From the NCBI GenBank assembly GCA_005889515.1, contig VBHE01000028.1, positions 1 through 27,913 of the forward strand: a stretch of DNA of 27,913 nt. The letters run 5' to 3'. A program made the translations under genes and the position numbers. Source of the DNA: Chloroflexota bacterium (lineage in GTDB: Bacteria; Chloroflexota; Dormibacteria; Aeolococcales; Aeolococcaceae). The notes under the pieces were generated by a model that saw only the letters and a list, made by a program, of their open reading frames with translations, made no database searches and was not told where the DNA came from. Shown here one piece after another: positions 26,192-27,913 of this stretch (positions are counted from its first letter, which is position 1; each line of letters begins with the position of its first letter).

Positions 26192-27415
26192 ATGAGAGGG
26201 GGGGCGGCGGCCGCGACCCGGCGCCCGGCGACGCCCGGACCGGCGCCGGCGCCGGGCCCGGCGCGGCCGGCGCCGCATCCGCTGCTCGTCGCCGCGGGCC
26301 TCGCCGCCGGCCTCCTCCTCCCGGGGATGCGCGCCGACCTCCACTGGTCCTTCGCCCAGGCGGGCGCGATCAACGCCGCGAACGCGTTCGGCTACCTCGC
26401 CGGCGCGATGGTCACCCCCGCGATGAGTGCCCGCATCGGCCGCCGCGCCGCCTTCGTCGGGGGGACGGTCGCGGTCGTGGTCACCCTGCTCGCCACCGCG
26501 CCGGCCTCCGGGTTCGCGGCGCTCATGGCGCTGCGCGTGCTCGCCGGTGTCGCCGGGGCGCTGGTGTTCATCACCGGCATGGACCTCACCGCCTGGCTGG
26601 GCCGGGGCCACTCCAGCACCCGGGCGGCGGTGCTCCTCGGCGTCTACGTCGCCGGGGGCGGCCTGGGGATCGTCCTCTCCGGGCTCGCGGTGCCGCCGAT
26701 CCTCGGGCTCGCCGGCCCCTCCGCCGGATGGCGCCTCGGCTGGCTGGCGCTGGCGCTGCTCTCCGTCGCCGCGCTCGCCGTCGCCGACTGGGCGGCGAGG
26801 CAGGTCGACGCCCCCGCGGTGGCGCGGCGCGGCCAGAGCGCCGGCTGGCCGGCGCGGCGCTTCGTCCCCAGCCTGGCGAGCTACCTGCTCTTCGGCCTCG
26901 GCTACATCTCCTACATCACCTTCGTGGTCGCGCTGCTCGTCCGCGAGGGCATGGGGAGCCTCGTCGTCGGCGCCTTCTGGGTGGTGCTCGGGCTCGCCTC
27001 CATCCTCTGCGTCCCGCTCTGGGGCCGCGCCCTGGGACGGCTCCAGGGTGGAGCCGGGCCGGCCCTGGTGCTCGCGGTGGTGAGCGTCGGCGCCGCCATG
27101 CCGCTGCTCGGCGGCGGAGCGCCGGTGGCCCTGCTCTCCGCGCTCGTTTTCGGCGGCGCCTTCCTCGCGGTGGTCACGGCGGTCACCGCGGTGGCGCGCG
27201 AGGCCCTCCCGGCGGCGCAGTGGGGCCCGGCGATCGCCGCCCTCACCGCGGCGTTCGCCCTCGGCCAGTGCGCCGGCCCGGTGCTCACCGGCCTGCTCTC
27301 CGACCTCGCCGGCGGGGTGCGCTCCGGCCTCGGGCTCTCCGCGGGGCTGATCGGGCTCGCCGCGCTCATCGCCCTCGCCCAGCACGGACCGGACCCCGCC
27401 CGGACGCCGGGGTAG
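26192..27415 (+). CDS. YbfB/YjiJ-family MFS transporter, 407 aa, TM1 apparently shortened
   Basis: LLLPGMRADLHWSFAQAGAINAANAFGYLAGA, YVAGGGLGI, LFGLGYISYITF and FALGQCAGP. It starts 1 nt after the HxlR stop. Confidence 0.88.
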   Translation: MRGGAAAATRRPATPGPAPAPGPARPAPHPLLVAAGLAAGLLLPGMRADLHWSFAQAGAINAANAFGYLAGAMVTPAMSARIGRRAAFVGGTVAVVVTLLATAPASGFAALMALRVLAGVAGALVFITGMDLTAWLGRGHSSTRAAVLLGVYVAGGGLGIVLSGLAVPPILGLAGPSAGWRLGWLALALLSVAALAVADWAARQVDAPAVARRGQSAGWPARRFVPSLASYLLFGLGYISYITFVVALLVREGMGSLVVGAFWVVLGLASILCVPLWGRALGRLQGGAGPALVLAVVSVGAAMPLLGGGAPVALLSALVFGGAFLAVVTAVTAVAREALPAAQWGPAIAALTAAFALGQCAGPVLTGLLSDLAGGVRSGLGLSAGLIGLAALIALAQHGPDPARTPG

Positions 27416-27442
27416 TCGCGGCAGAGGGTGACCTGCCGCGAC
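27415..27442. terminator. Hairpin between the convergent MFS and EAL genes; possible bidirectional terminator
   Basis: GTCGCGGCAG-agggtgac-CTGCCGCGAC, a 10-bp perfect stem with no U-tract. Confidence 0.55.
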
Positions 27443-27452
27443 CTCGTCGAAC

Positions 27453-27913
27453 TCAGAGTGCGGGGTTCAGCCGCCCTGCCGGTCGCTTGCCGACGCGGCG
27501 TGGCCGCTCCTGTCCGGGTGCGATCGAGGGCCCGGGCTGGGCGGAGGGGACCACCGGGCGGGTGCGTCCCGCGCCACGACGGCCGGGGGCGAGGACGTCC
27601 ATGTCGTACCCCGGGCCGGTCACCACCTTCGCCGCCGCCACCGCACCGAGCGGCTTCGAGAAGCAGTAGCCCTGGCCGAAATCGACGCCGAGCGAGCGAA
27701 CGTACTCGAGCTCCTCGGCGGTCTCGATGCCCTCGGCGATCGTGGGCAGGTCGAGGGTGTCGACGAGGCGGACGACGGCGAGAGCCAGCTCGCGACCCTG
27801 CTCCGAGGTGGACAGCCCGGCGACGAAGGTGCGGTCGATCTTGACGGCGTCGAGGGGGAGGCGGCGCAGGTAGCCGAGGGACGAGTAGCCGGATCCGAAG
27901 TCGTCGACCGCGA
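27453..27913 (-). CDS. EAL-domain (c-di-GMP phosphodiesterase-type) protein, 3' end only
   Basis: AVDDFGSGYSSLGYLRRLPLDAVKIDRTFV, IAEGIET and GQGYCFSKP, then an Arg/Pro-rich tail. The 5' part is outside the window. Confidence 0.92.
   Translation of the reverse strand, partial: AVDDFGSGYSSLGYLRRLPLDAVKIDRTFVAGLSTSEQGRELALAVVRLVDTLDLPTIAEGIETAEELEYVRSLGVDFGQGYCFSKPLGAVAAAKVVTGPGYDMDVLAPGRRGAGRTRPVVPSAQPGPSIAPGQERPRRVGKRPAGRLNPAL

Overview
A very GC-rich (roughly 70-75% by eye) bacterial chromosomal segment with about 33 coding regions and no rRNA, tRNA, CRISPR array, transposase or phage gene that I can recognise. The gene content and frequent leaderless promoters point to a high-GC Terrabacteria lineage (Actinomycetota-, Chloroflexota- or Ca. 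Dormibacterota-like); this is inference. Contents in order: NAD salvage pair pncB (5' truncated)-pncA; an unknown secreted protein; a P-loop ATPase with a C-terminal winged helix; an FAD-linked oxidase; a class II aldolase with phhB; DUF488; two cupins; DUF1003; an ABC-2 exporter with its likely TetR regulator; typA; an HtrA protease; a two-HKD phospholipase D-family protein; lon; an SGNH lipase; an MBL hydrolase; a CoA-type Nudix hydrolase; a carboxylesterase; a coupled trpD-trmK-like-DUF164-rnhA run; an HxlR regulator with an MFS transporter; and the 3' end of an EAL-domain gene. The most notable items are: (1) an unannotated 36-aa microprotein divergent from the HxlR gene, with two GTTGC-N5-GCAAC palindromes over both promoters; (2) a perfect 13-bp inverted repeat over the leaderless promoter of the ATPase-wHTH gene; (3) apparent clean internal deletions in several unrelated genes (ABC Q-loop, cupin, MFS TM1, PLD, a TPR remnant), which could be real erosion or sequencing/assembly artefact; (4) a phased GGTGACG repeat array between two unknown small genes. 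Most long ORFs in the supplied track are antisense or off-frame shadows of high-GC3 genes. All family calls come from motif recognition, with no database search.
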